Shown piece after piece: positions 12,910-26,651 of a stretch of 58,368 bases of DNA; position 1 is the first letter of the stretch, and the number at the start of each line of letters is the position of its first letter. The DNA is from Bigelowiella natans CCMP2755. Taxonomy: Eukaryota > Protista > Cercozoa. The notes beneath the pieces are model-generated. The model did no database searches. It saw nothing but the letters and a program-made list of their open reading frames with translations, and was not told the DNA's origin. The DNA lies in assembly GCA_000320545.1 (NCBI GenBank), contig ADNK01001868.1, positions 1 through 58,368 on the forward strand, in the 5' to 3' direction. The translations under genes and the position numbers were made by a program.

Positions 12910-13647
12910 CCCGCACTCATACATGCCAGCGAAAGCAATGAATTGAAAGGGATAACTCGAAAGTGGAACATGAAGTCTGTGGCGGATCCCCCGTCGCTGC
13001 TAAAGCCAAAGCGAGAATTGGCTCATTCCGAAGATGCGAAAAGAGCAGCGGAGAGATCCGAGACTTCATCTTCCCGTTCCAGATCGAACGATGGGCCGCA
13101 GCCTCAATCATCGAAACTAGGAGTTCTCCCTTCGCTTAAAGTCCCGGCGTCTCGTGAGGGCAACACGAGACCGAAGAAGCGCTTTGCTCATCAAGCTGGA
13201 AATCTGCAATCACCTATCCAGTTTCGTAATCTCCGTCGGCGCCTCCATGAAACGGTTAGAGGGGGGAAGGCACCTGCTCTTTGCCCTTCTTCTTTGGATA
13301 TCGCTAAGGGCCCCAGAGCATCGACGTATTTTAATTGAAATGCTAAAATGAAATTCAACTGCTTTTTGCATCTCTCCCTCCTTTGTGTGTTCGGATGGGT
13401 GATGATTTGCGGTGAGATCTTGGGAAGCAGGGCAGTAACGTTAAATATTTTTTTTTTTTCGCCTTTTTGTCCAGCTTATGTGCGACTGGCCTCCACGACG
13501 ACTCGTCAAATCTGCAGATGTGCGTTGAGTACGCCGAGGACATTATGCAGCACTTCAAGAGCATTGAAGGGAAATTTCGAGCAAGCCCGAGGTACATGGC
13601 ACGCCAACCGGATATCAATGGTACGCCTTTTCTAGCAAACTACATCT

Positions 13648-13692
<45 letters not shown>

Positions 13693-13701
13693 TATATATA
13701 T

Positions 13702-13750
<49 letters not shown>

Positions 13751-13761
13751 CTCAAAGAGTC

Positions 13762-13796
<35 letters not shown>

Positions 13797-14001
13797 GCAT
13801 AGATCGCATGCGCGAGATATTGGTCGACTGGCTAATCGAGATTCACCACCGCCGCTTTAATAAGGTGGGAGGGGATAGCAGTGTGTGTTGCGCAATGATC
13901 AACGATAGAGAACGAACTACATCGCAACATACACGTTTTGCTCCTCCTCCATTCTAGTTTCTTATACGACTCAGTTCTTGAATAACATATGAGTGTGTCT
14001 T

Positions 14002-14045
<44 letters not shown>

Positions 14046-14507
14046 AGGGAGGGAGGGGGAGAGGGAGAGATAATAATAGAGAGAACGAGGTGTGAGGATG
14101 CAGCTTACGGTGTTAGTGCTACTTTCGCTACGCTCCTTTTAGCTTTTGGGTGAATGAAAGAGAAGTCTGATCGCTCAAAATTGATTTTTGCCTCACTGGT
14201 GATCTTCACTTGCGTAATTTCCAGCTCCGAACAGAGACTCTATATCTGACAATCAATATCATTGACCGCTTCCTCTCTATCCGAGAGGTCTCTCGAGCGA
14301 GGCTCCAGCTTATTGGCCTTGCAGCTGTGCTCATTGCCTCGAAATACGAGGATGGTGAATTAGGTGCGCTACGTGTCCACGATCTGGTTAGGGCCTGCGA
14401 TAGAGCCTTTGCGGACTATGAAATTGTTTCGGTAAAAACCATGCCATTCGTGTGGTCTACAAGGATATCATCAGTTACCCTTCACATTGTCTGTGTGTAC
14501 ATATATG

Positions 14508-14572
<65 letters not shown>

Positions 14573-14901
14573 ATTTACATATTTACATATTTACATATTT
14601 ATATATTTATATATTTATAAACATGTATCTGCTGTACACTCCCTTCAAGCATTTATTTTACCACATAGATGGAATCGGTTATGCTCTCCGCTCTAAAGTT
14701 TGATCTCACCGTCGCGTACCCCACGCACTTCCTGGAAAGATATATTGTGCGCTTCTGCGTTGAGGACACGGGCCTCGCGAACATAGCACGCTTTCTCACT
14801 GAAATGACGCTCCAAAAGATCGAGTTCTTGGACTTTGCGCCTTCAATGGTAGAGCTCATAAACTAAATATAAATACGTTATAGGATAAATAAATATAAAA
14901 A

Positions 14902-14942
<41 letters not shown>

Positions 14943-15750
14943 GTGTGTGTGTGTGTGTGTGTGTGTTTGTGTGTAAGTTCATTCATGTTATGCCAACGTC
15001 ACTTGGTTCGTATTTGAACGCATCGATAAATGTTACAGATCGCTGCATCGGCAATATCCTTCGCATTCCAGATCAGAGGCATTGAAGACTGGAAGTGCGT
15101 CCACAACAAGAACACCGCAAAGCGAATCGAAAATAACTTTTCCCCTGCTGCATTGATTTATAGCGATCCTCTGGAAAAGGAATCTGGATATTCACGAGGA
15201 GACCTAGTTCCATGCAAGAAAGAGATGATGGAGCTGTTGCGTGAGCAGCGGTGATCCCATGACTTGTTGTTTTTGTCAATCCTCTCTCGCAATCATCATT
15301 GACATGATCTGCACAACAGGCCAAGATACAACGCTGTTAGGGAGAAGTACAGTTCCAAGAAATACGGAGAGGTAACTAAAAGAAAAAAGACAATTTCTTG
15401 ACCTTGAGCGGAGAGTGGCGCATGAAAAATCAGAACGTTAATGGTGCCGCTGTATAGCCTAATGCGTTGTCTGCGCAGGATATGTCTGCGAAGGATAGGA
15501 ATCAATTAATTCGATTTATCATTGCATGCTTCAAGTGTGGATGTGATTTGCCGCTAATATTCAGGTTGCCAGCTTCGCCATAAGAAAGGCCAGAGATGTC
15601 AAATTAAATGAGAAAAGCTACGAATTGGGTAAGTCTGTGGCCTTCATCAAGAAGGTTGATGACAATACCGCCGTGTGTAAGGTTCGGTCTCGCGTGAAGA
15701 CTCAATTGAAATTGAAGAGCACCACGCTGCCATCGTCTAGATCGTGGTAA
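12910..15750 (+). CDS. Mitotic cyclin (A/B type); 5' end unresolved
   Basis: Cyclin box exons: [14 protein letters not shown]...YMARQPDIN|[15 protein letters not shown]|...[15 protein letters not shown]...[16 protein letters not shown]|[13 protein letters not shown]...FAPSM|IAASAI...|[14 protein letters not shown]. Confidence 0.9.
13650..13793. repeat. Compound intronic microsatellite (TA)n/(CA)n/(TTG)n, representative of dozens in the window
   Basis: Read directly within a cyclin intron. Similar tracts at ~1662-1703, ~14510-14570, ~26270-26350, ~38925-38990 and ~57209-57253. Confidence 0.9.
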
Positions 15751-16561
15751 GCTGGCCAGCTTGCACATGCCTGCTACCTGAAGCATAGTGTGCAATTACC
15801 ATGCATTTACAAAGAAGATACACTGATGCTTAAAACGTCGCGCGATAGCGCTTGACAAGATTTAAAACTAACACTGATCGATTGAAACATGATTAAAAAA
15901 TGTCAGCTTGCAGCTAGCTCGCAACATCGAATCAAAGAATAATCATTTACCTGCATATCATGCTAGTACGGCAAGCTGGCTAGATGGTTTCCGTGCATGT
16001 TGAAAATCGTTAATGCTAAAACACGTACTTTCTAAATCTAGACAATGTTCTAAAACAGAACTAGAGAAATGCACAAGCGACAGCTTTGCCTTTTCGCAAC
16101 CAGCTAGCCAGCCTGTTCGTTTCAATAAATCACGTGTTTATTCTGATGCATATAAAAAGAGCATGCACGGTAACGCCCAGGCTAGCAGGCATATAAGCTT
16201 AATTTGAATGCTCAGTTAGTCCACGCAGCAGCGATAACATTGGCTCCTCGCACTTATTCTAGAGTGTGGCCATGCTAGCACGTCCAAGAGAGCTTCAGTG
16301 ACTAGGAGACTGGACGGAAACGGTCCACCGAACATCACGCATGTGTGCGCACAGCGTACAGTATATGCTGGCATGCCATGGACTAGATGCATGCACATAT
16401 GTTTATTTGTGTGCAAATTTGTACATGCAACATCATCATTACGCTGGGTGCGTACTCTGTAGTAGCATGTCTATGCTGTTTTATGTAGCAGCCGCTCCTG
16501 CGGAAACATTACAATTTATCATTTTTGCTGCTGGGAAAGCTCGTTGATACGTTTTTGGAGC

Positions 16562-16614
16562 TCATCGATCTGTCTTTGCAGAGAATTCACCTCCTGGTAT
16601 GTGTACATGAATGT

Positions 16615-16657
<43 letters not shown>

Positions 16658-17938
16658 GGAGAGAGAAAGAGAGGGGGAAGCACGATTAGGATGTAGCGGC
16701 CGACAAAAAAATGGTGATCGTTGCAGTTTTTTGGCGTTTCTTCTTCTGGTCAGGATCTGTCCGGTCAGATATCCGAGAGCGACGCAACGCTCTTTGATAC
16801 CAACCAGCTGTTGCGTGTATTTAGAACATGTATGAAGCGGCAAAATGAGCTCGACCTCGTTCCCGTAAACGCTGCCGTACAGGCGTTGGCAGAGGAAGAA
16901 TATGAGAATGATGATCATCGTTACTAATATCAACGACACGCCCTCCTCTAGTTTGAGCGGTCCCTGAAAGGATGAAAGAAGCAGAGAGGGGGGGTAAGGG
17001 GGGAAGGGGGGAGAAATGTTAGTCTCCAACCGCAAGGGGTGACAGCATCTGTAGCATGATAGAATTCATTTTGAGTGTTTCTATTCGTTTCGTTTTGAAT
17101 TATCATTCCTTAATCTGTGTCACTAGAGCCGCCCCTCCCCTTCCTCCCTCCCCTCCTCCCCCCCCCCTTCCGTCGTTCACCTTATCACCAACGATATGCA
17201 ACAAATACCGCAAGACACCACGGTCTTCCCCGACGGGTCCTACCGACAACAACAACAACAACAACAACAACAAAAGCAACAACAACGAAGATGATATTGA
17301 ATGATGATGACGTTCGTGGGTATGATCATGAGCAAGGATGGAGCTCATCGCACAGTCGGAAAAAGCAGATTCTCCGTTTTTTCCAGACAACATAGCGTTC
17401 ATACGAAGCCGGAGGGTGCCCACACAATGAAAACATCCCGATCAGAAGAGAAAGACAAAGCAATCGAAAGGCAGCCTCTTCTTCGCGCCGTGAATGATTA
17501 CCATCATCTACTGTGTTGTCCAGAGCAGTGTCCACGCTACGGGACTGAACATCCAGTAGCAGCAGCAGCAGCAGCAGCAGATTCGCCCCCCAATCCCGTA
17601 ACACAATCACATTCAAACCACACACACAGGGGGGTAAACACTACCATCATCATCAAATCTAGGAAGAATGAGAAGTTCTCACATACTGCACGCTTTCGGA
17701 TAATGTGCACGAGTGGACATGATGCAGAGCAGAGCAAAGCAGTTGGTCTCGATACTACCGGCCCCATCATCTTCTGCGCGATTGCGGCCGCGGACGCGTC
17801 CTCCGCAACCTCCTCGCCAATGTTTGCTATGTTTGATTCTCCTGGGAAGGGGGGGGGGGGGGGGAGGAAGGAAGCAAAGGAAGAAAGGCGAATTGTTTAA
17901 AGACAATTAGTGCATGTTTTTCAATTAGACGCGCGCAC

Positions 17939-17973
<35 letters not shown>

Positions 17974-18393
17974 AGGGAGGAAGGGAGAGGGGGGGGGAAG
18001 AGCAGCACGGTGCGTATGTATGGCCGACGATGCACGGGAGTGTTGCGAAAGCGACGGTTATTGGCCGCTCATTATTATTACCTTTATTCGCTTGGAGAGC
18101 ATCTAAGGCGGACCCCGGGAGGCTCTTTATGCTGTTTTTGGAGAATTTGATCCAATCGGCGACGAAGGCACGCACCTGATTGGTTGATTGATTGAAACAG
18201 CAGCAGCAGCAAGAACATAAGAGAAGGGGGAGGTGGAGAGAGAATAGCATGGCGCGAAGCAGCAGCAGCGAATAAGAGGCGTTGGAGGAGATGTTCTGGC
18301 ATAGCGACTGCTCTATGCCAGGGGATGATCTGTACTTAAATTTCGTTCTTCCCTAGAATGAAGAAGGGTGGAGTAAGGAGAGGCGGGGGGGGA

Positions 18394-18436
<43 letters not shown>

Positions 18437-19370
18437 GACACACCCCTGTATTCGCAAAGCCACGGATTTGGTATTTTATTAACGTGAATCTGAAAGGAGA
18501 GAGGAGGAGGAGGAGGAGGAAGAAGAAGAAGAAGAAGGAGAAGAAGGAGAAGAGCAACAACGACGTTAGCTGAAAGCGAGCGGCAGAGAGAAGAAAAGTG
18601 GATGAGAAGAGGGGAGAGGGTGTGAGAGGAGCGGGAGAATCAACATAGCCCCCACCCCCTTCCCCCCTTCCCCACTGTGAACGACACGGTAGTTCTCAAA
18701 CTCAGGATCTACAATCATACCACCATCATCATCATCATCATGACTTCACTTACTTGGTGAATTCGACAGAGGTCCAGATCTGCGCAACGCAGGACGGCCC
18801 ATTGCCCCCGCCGTTGGGGGAGGGGATGAGCAGGCCGGGAGGAATCTTCTCCTAATTTATTCAAGGGTGGGGGAAGAGTGTGTCGTGATATCGGAGAAGA
18901 ATTCCTCCTTGCGAGCAGGGAGGTTCGCTTGGAAAAAAAAGAATAGAAAATTATCGAACGTTATTGCGCTCCGATAGGAGTCGAGCCATGTCGTGGAACG
19001 AAACAGCATCATCGTCGCTTATACTCTTATTTCACGATATAGTAGTAGTGGTAGTAGTAGTAGTACGATAATAAGAACGAGTTTCTCTGTGGTGATAATT
19101 CATCTTTGTTATTCAGAGATTCCCCCCCCCCCCCCCCCCTTCTGTCAAGTGGAGCCGCAGACGCAAAAGGCAACAATAAATTTGAAACACAGTAGTTGTT
19201 ACGAGACGACCTTTGTAGGACAGAGCTTCAAGAACTTTGATGGCACTTGAGACTTGTCGGTCTTCGTGTCCAATATCACCCATCGAATTGCGACGTGAAA
19301 GTACCCGCCTAAATGCATTCATAGCGGTGTAGTATCAATGTACTGTTGGAGTAGCAGTAGTAGTAGCAGC

Positions 19371-19402
<32 letters not shown>

Positions 19403-22400
19403 AAAGAGCAATGATTTCTCTACGAGTGGTCGATGTTTTGGTGGCTTTCTCCCGCGACAGGGTTATCATTAGGCACCGCGCGAAGAGAGAGAACGATCGG
19501 TTCTTCAACGGTTTCCCCCGTCCAAATAATTGCGATGCGCCATGTATTCTTGAGGCAGGGCGACAACTGCAGAGGAAATCTACTTACTACTACTACTACT
19601 ACTACTACTATTACTACTACTACTATTACTACCACTACTATTACTATTGCTACTACTCTCCTACCGAATGGAACGTCCGGCATCATCGAGTTAGAATCTA
19701 TCAATAGGCCTCCCTTGAACAACTCGCAGCGTTGGATCTGTCCGCAGGAAGAGGAGGGGGGTGGGGGGGGGGGGGGGACAGAAATGAACAAATGAGCTCA
19801 ACTCAAGTGCGATCGCGCAATATGTTCGATTTCAAGATAAGCAGCGCCAAATGATGCTGCCTATATCTGACGACGACGACGACGGACCTTGTGCACACGC
19901 GTCTGCTTGGGCCCTAGAGGTCCGGAGAGCTTGGTTTTGACGAAGTATATGTCCCTCGTCCACACGTCCTTCTTCTGCTCCTTCCACTTTGTATAGCGGT
20001 ACTTCTCGTCCCCCCCCCCTGAGGTAGTAGTAGTGGAAGAGTTTTGCTTCTAACTCTCATCATGGAGAACACTTCATGTGTGCTTACTCTCACAGATCCT
20101 GTTCCCTCTATACAGACTGCATCAGGTCGTTGCGTGTAACCGCTCCCCCCCCCCCCCCGCTCCCCCCCCTCCAAATTCCCCCTACCTACCCCCCTCTATT
20201 AGCACGTACCTCGATGATACTGCGCCTGGGGAGCTGTACAGGTGTCGCTCAGATACAGATCCCAAAACGCCCTCGAGGAGAACGGGTAGCGCGCAGTCCC
20301 AGCCCTCGTGAAGCCGATGCTTGCGGCGCGCCTCCCCGTCAGGACGGGGGGGCGTGGGTCTTTGAACAGCGGACCGTCAACCGGCCTGAACGTGCCAGCT
20401 TCGGGGCGGCTCGAAGAGGAGCTTTTCGCTGGGAAGTCCGAGCGGCTTCTTGGGAGGCCAGAGCTCCTTTTTGCTGCACCGTCTCCCGCCAGTAGCCTGC
20501 TCATTGTCCCTGAAACAGAAGGCGGAGGGGCGGGGGGGGAGAAAGCGAACAGGAGGAGGTCGTTAGGAGGCTTTTGCACGAGTGATAGGGGGGGGGCGCA
20601 TAGAGTTTGAGAGCAAAGAAATACGTGGCAATCGAAGAGTGTTACTACAATAAGTACTACTACTACTACTACTACTACTACTACAACTACTATTACTACT
20701 CGATATTCCAGCGCTTTTGCTCGCTTGATGTGCGTCTAGGCTCCCACGGCGACGGGCTGCGGATGATGCACCACCCTGCTTCCTTGAGTCCGGCGGCGTC
20801 TTAGATCGCATCCCCCCCCCGCTCCGCCCCGCTGCCCGTTGCTGCTCCGGCGTGGATGACTTCGTCCCAATTCCTGTGTAGTCGCCGCCCTTACCCTTCT
20901 TCGACTTCGCTCGGTCGATAGAAGGCGTGCGGATTGAGGAGTTGTTGGTGACAAGAATCGGTTTTGTTGCGGTCTCAGAAGACGTCGTGCTGGCGGTCGT
21001 TTCAGTGGCGGCGGCGTTGCTATCTGCATCATCAACGGTCTCTGAGGATGCCGATGCTTTCGTCGCTTTCTTGTCAGCGCGTGACACGGAATTGGAATCT
21101 GTGTGGATGTGCATGTCCGCGTATAAACTATTCTTCGTTTTGGCGTTCGCTGTGGGGGTTTCTTTCTCTTCCGGCTGGTCTGTGCTGCTCTGCTGCTTCT
21201 TCTCCTTCGTCTCATCCTTTTTGGCAGTTTCCTCGTTACGCCCCGGGTTCTCCTCCTTCTCCTTCCCCCCCCCCTTCTCCTGTGCTCCCTTCTTGTCCTC
21301 GCGGTTCGCTGGCGCCTTATGATCGACGATAGCGTTCCCGTCCTTGCTGTCTTTGCTATCTCTTCCCGCCACAGAAGTCGTTACCTCCTTGCTTTCATTC
21401 GGGGCAGACCTCATATCACCAGCAACATCGTCGATAGAGGTATTAGTACTTTTTGGAGAGCCCTCATCGCGATTTTCAGTATCAGTATCATTGTCTGGTG
21501 TTTCCTCGCCATCATTTTTATGTTGATGAGGAGACGCCTCATCAGCCGCCTCTACCCCCTCCTGCGTACTTCCGGCGTCCCCATCTCCTTCCCCCGTCTC
21601 GGGAAGAGACGACGGAGCTTTGGATACTGGGGCAGATAGGTGGTCTTTCTTTTCCAGCGATCCTTGAAGATGTTAAGAAGAATGAGGAAGATAACTGTGT
21701 GAAATCCCACCCCATTGCCCCCCCCTCCTCCTCCTACGAACATACCTATTTGCCTACCTTGCGTGACTGAGGGGGGGAGCTTAGCAAGGGATTCCTGGTA
21801 TTCATTCACTGCGGCTTGTATATTGTCAAAAGCCTGATCTCTTGAGATGAACGACGCGAAAAAATACTGCGCCTTCAATGCGTCCACCTGCATGTGCGTG
21901 TTTGTTTTTTCACGGCCGAAGTGTCAGTGAGGGAAAACTGTGTGTCATGTGCATTCGGCGTGCACTCGTCTAAATGTTGCAGCACAATCTCTCGATTGGC
22001 CACCATCGAAAACTCCGCGCTGATGCCATGCCGTGCGCAACAAGTGAGACAGACAAGGCGGCGTGTCTCAAACTCAGCATAGGTGGGTGGGGGGGGGGGA
22101 GTGAGAGATGATCGATGCCACAAATAATTCTTCTTTTATTATTATTGGGAACTCGACGAAATTCTAGATATTTTTCGGGCGTGTACCTGGATTGCATTAG
22201 GGATAACCAGAGCGGTGTTCTTCTTCTCGACGTGTAAAATGTCGGCCATAGGGATCACCACCTAACCCAGCAAAGGAGTGGGGTAGCACAGCACGATTGC
22301 TTTATCTTTCACGAATGTTCTTAGGCACAAGGTGGATAAACGATTGTCAGCGAGGAAATAAACCTTAGTTTCATATCCAAACACGTTGCTGTAGAAGCAA

Positions 22401-22870
22401 AGGAAGTTCCTGGACAGATAAAGCCGACCCTGCGTGATGGGGAACAATCAGCTTCTTGTCTTTTGGAAAAATCCCTAAATTCATATATTTTCTCCTGGAC
22501 GGGCGATTTGTTGATGGAAAATAGACCAACCTGGAGCAGAATCTTCTTATGGTATGCGCATGTGTAGTAGTCGTCGAGCTTTTCGCTCTTTGGAAGGTCG
22601 AAGAGTTTTTGGAAGACCTTATTACTTTTCTCCGCTTGTTCCTACGAATGTCCAACAATTTATGATGGATGTACGTTGGTCAAAGTTCTTTGATAGTGAT
22701 TTGAGAGATTCATGCTACCACCGATAATTAGAGCGGTACTCTTGTTACGCACACCCTCAATGTACATTTTATGAACGCCATTGCTGGTGTACTGACGAAA
22801 CATTGACGGCTATAACTTTTTTTGGCGAATTCGAACCAAATACCTGTGGCAGTGCAGACAGGTCTGCCAT
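16562..22870 (-). CDS. GRAM domain + VASt (StART-like) + C-terminal TM protein, GRAMD1/Aster/LAM-like sterol transfer protein
   Basis: GRAM exons MADLSALPQ|EQAEKSNKVFQKLFDLPKSEKLDDYYTCAYHKKILLQ|GRLYLSRNFLCFYSNVFGYETK|VVIPMADILHVEKKNTALVIPNAIQ|...YFFASFISRDQAF. Then a long low-complexity exon, VASt-like pieces (SMMPDVPFG, CVAQIWTSVEFTK, VRAFVADWIKFS) and a TM (LILVTMIIILIFFLC). Internal VASt exons are only partly resolved. Confidence 0.8.
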
Positions 22871-23436
22871 ACTGCGCAGGAGGGTAGGAGAAAGTAGGAG
22901 GGGGTGGGGTGGGCAGTCCCCGAGTCACTCAGACAAGGCTGCGAAATTTGGATTGGACTGTGCTCAATTTTTCAACAATAAATAATGTTTTTTGCAAGTC
23001 GCAACTCTAAAATGTGATAAATTCCTCCGGAATAATAGCTTCCGTAGGACACACACTGTATCTCAGAGCGAGAAAGAGGGAGAAGAGACCTAAGTATTCC
23101 TTCGAACTCGAGCGAATCCATCCGTTATTCTTGGAAGACAACAAAAAAGTGCCTCATAATGAGAAAAGGGGATCTATTTACGATCGGACGGAGCAGCAGT
23201 AGAAGGGGGTTATATATGGATATAAGTTGTCGGTCATTTCTCTTCTACGACAACCGTGCATTTGACGGGATTAAAATGGCTGGATGTCTATGACGCAGAC
23301 GTATAAATCCTATATATTTTCAGCGATTTAGTATTCTGCTGAAGTCTGAAGTTCTGAAATGAGGAAACGCTTGCAACGTTCGGGGGCAAGACGTTCGGAA
23401 TGGGTCCCTGCAGCTCCTGAGCGCTTCTGATTGCAG

Positions 23437-25778
23437 ATGGAGAGGAGAAGGAAGCCGGGAGAATCCCCAAGGTATGTTTGCGCTATTTTCTTCGTTGTTA
23501 GGCTCGAATCTAACATTTGCTACAGCAGGCGTCGGAGGACTTCCAGGGAGGCCGACAACCTCCTCAAGCGAACAGCTGCTTCGACCAGTGGCAGACACGT
23601 GATGAAGGCTACCAGGGAGCATAGCAAAATGTAATACGTACACAGAATCGAATCAGCCAATCGGCTGCCAAAATTGAAATGATGAAACCGTAATTTTTTG
23701 TGCGAATCAGGGTGAAATTGGAGTCACACGTATACTGGCCAGGCACACTGCGCTCCAAAACAACAAAGCTGCCGTTCACGTGCAAGTATAGAGTTAACAA
23801 TTTAGAAAAGCTAGGAGATCTAGAGAGGTATCTCCGTACTAAACCTGGATTTAGAGCCTCTGGGTTACGTTCAAGGTAAAATCTTGACAGAGATGGTCAT
23901 ACCTCCACTTCCTAAAGTCTGAATCTTCCCCGTCGTAGGATACGAAATAAAAAGCAAAAGCTTCCCAGTAAACAAACGAAGGAAGGAAAACATAGGTTTG
24001 TAGAATCCTCGCAGTTATTTACCCCGTGTATTAATCTTACTTTACTCCCTTTTTATGTGCAAAAGATGCCAGAGCAAGGGTGCAGGCAACGGAGAAGAAT
24101 TAGCAGCAACAATCATTAGGTGTCTTATAATTTACTGCATGTTGTTAATAGGGACAGTAATGTATCTCATCGATATTGGTAGGATCGACGGTTCCGAGGC
24201 TTCGAAGACAAACGGCGACGAGATAAAAGTACCCATAATTCGCAGCCCGCCATTATTTGCGTTTAAACAAAGAAAATTTGTAGGACGAAGGCGTCGAAGA
24301 TGGTGGAAGCGATGGTGCAAAAAGCATTAAGGAACTCCCGGCAGACCCCACAACTAATGCTGATCGATTGCTTGTTGAGGCTGCAGAGGAGCAGGATGTA
24401 GACGAGGACGGCGATTCCTTCCAGGCGGAGGGCGACCTCGAAGACGTTTTGAACTCGGTAGATGGTGCGATCGATCGTATCACCAGCCTGGGTAGTGGCA
24501 ACGTGTCCGGTATTATTGAGCCCATCAACGAAGGCAATCTCTCTGGAGGTAGCGAACAAAACAGAATCCTTAAATAGAAATCTTAATTCTTCCCCACCTC
24601 TTGGTTCTCCAGTGCAAAAATCGTTCACCCTCTCCTCCCTCTCCTCTTCCTCTTCTGTCTTCTCTATCGCTGCCTTTCCCAGGGAGTTTGTCGGATCCGC
24701 CCGAGGACATTTACGGGGACGAGATGGATGACTTAAACGCCGACTTTGAAAACGACGATGTCGATGATATCGAAGATGTTGAAGGGGGGGGTGGTTTTGA
24801 GGTAGACTTAGAGCCGTTAGAACCTTTGGACACGTTTGAGAATGAAGCTGGCCTTAAACACACCGACGACCTCACAAGTAGTAGTAATGGCGGGGTGGAG
24901 GAGAAAAAGTGTGAGGGGACTGACAATGAGGCTGAGGGGGAGAGTGGTGCGGATATTGAAGAAAAGGGGGGGGGGGCAGTGGATGGGAACGAGGGGGAAG
25001 GAGAGGGCGAGTTAGACGCAAAGGACTCCCAGGCGAAGAAAAGCAGCCTTATTAAAAGAGAGCTTACTCGAGAGTGCGAGGAGAACGAGTTAACATCAGA
25101 AATAGTGTTCCGAGAAAAGGATCCAAACGCAGCTCCGTCACTGCTAAGCAAGCACAAGGTGAATGAACTTTGCTCATGCACAACGGTGCGATGGTGAGGA
25201 GTGATACAATATTCTCTCTCTCGCCCCTCCCCCGACCTCCCCCCCCTCTCGTTATTTCTTGATGCGTTTGTGTGTGTGTGTGTCTTCTGCCTGTGCGTTT
25301 GGCTCCTAGGAGTCTTTCGCTGCTGCGGATATCCTGAAAGACGAGCAAAGAAGAAATTCCTCTCAGTTCAGAATCATCCAAGCTGTTTTTCAGCTTATGC
25401 ATGCGCTAAGGGTAACAGGACACAGGCAAACATTAATTTTTGAAAACATTCCTTCGTATCCATCTCCCCCTCCCCTTTCTCTCTCTCTTTTTCTCTTTCT
25501 CCTCACTTCTCTCCTGCCAGCCTCCACCAAAATATTTTTAAGTGCTCGTTGGTCGGGACATTGCCGACAACTGTTTCTCAGGCAACATTGAAGTGCTCCT
25601 ACAATGAGCTAGCCAACGCGAGAGCATTCGCTAAATTGACGCTCCGAAAGCGCCGCAATGCTTGCACAGAGGTTGCCCCGTCACTATGTGATCGAAACGA
25701 GCGGATATTCACCACTAGAACAACTATAAAACTTCCGCTCAAGAGCTTTCAAGTTTGAAGTGAGATCGAATCCACTGA

Positions 25779-25826
<48 letters not shown>

Positions 25827-26090
25827 TCTCCCCCCCCCTTTTCTCCAGGTCGACACGGCCAAGTTTAAAAAAGATCTAGGTGCTGCTGATGACGACGGCG
25901 GGGAGTCGAGTAGAGATTCGTCTGTTTACACGGTGGGCGGAGCAATGTTTTACGAGGAATACAATCATGCGCGTTTTTTACTATTTATCAAATAGTTTCT
26001 TTTTTGCCAGAATGCGCCACGTATGTGTGTACATTGGATATCTGTGTGTGTGTGCGTGTGTGTGTGTTTGATGCATATGATAGACAATAT

Positions 26091-26129
<39 letters not shown>

Positions 26130-26301
26130 ATATTTTTATATATTATTATAATGTTGTTGATGGCATTAAACAGCCCCATCGTCGATCTCGCTCACGGTTA
26201 AAGTTGCAGCTGCCCGATGACCCTGATGACGATATGGTTCGATTAATATTGCACAGGGCATGATGCAGTCGTAGTAGTAGTAGTAGTAGTAGTAGTAGCG
26301 C

Positions 26302-26351
<50 letters not shown>

Positions 26352-26414
26352 CACCGATGGTAGATTCTTTCTCTCCCGACAAACAAGTGCAACAAAGTAC
26401 AAATATTCGCAGCA

Positions 26415-26453
<39 letters not shown>

Positions 26454-26619
26454 TGTGTGTGATGGTATGTTTGCATGCGCGTGGCAATGTTCCCACATTC
26501 CTATACCGACTGATTGACAGAGCCTGCTTGCGGATTTTAAGTTCAAGACCTATGCTCCAAGGGTCTTCTCCTGGTACTTTCAGCATAATTAATTGACAAC
26601 ATTAAAATAAATAAATATA

Positions 26620-26651
<32 letters not shown>

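Noticed and set aside
20563-21414. 283-aa minus-strand ORF as a separate gene
   Set aside because: Better explained as the low-complexity linker exon between the GRAM and VASt regions.
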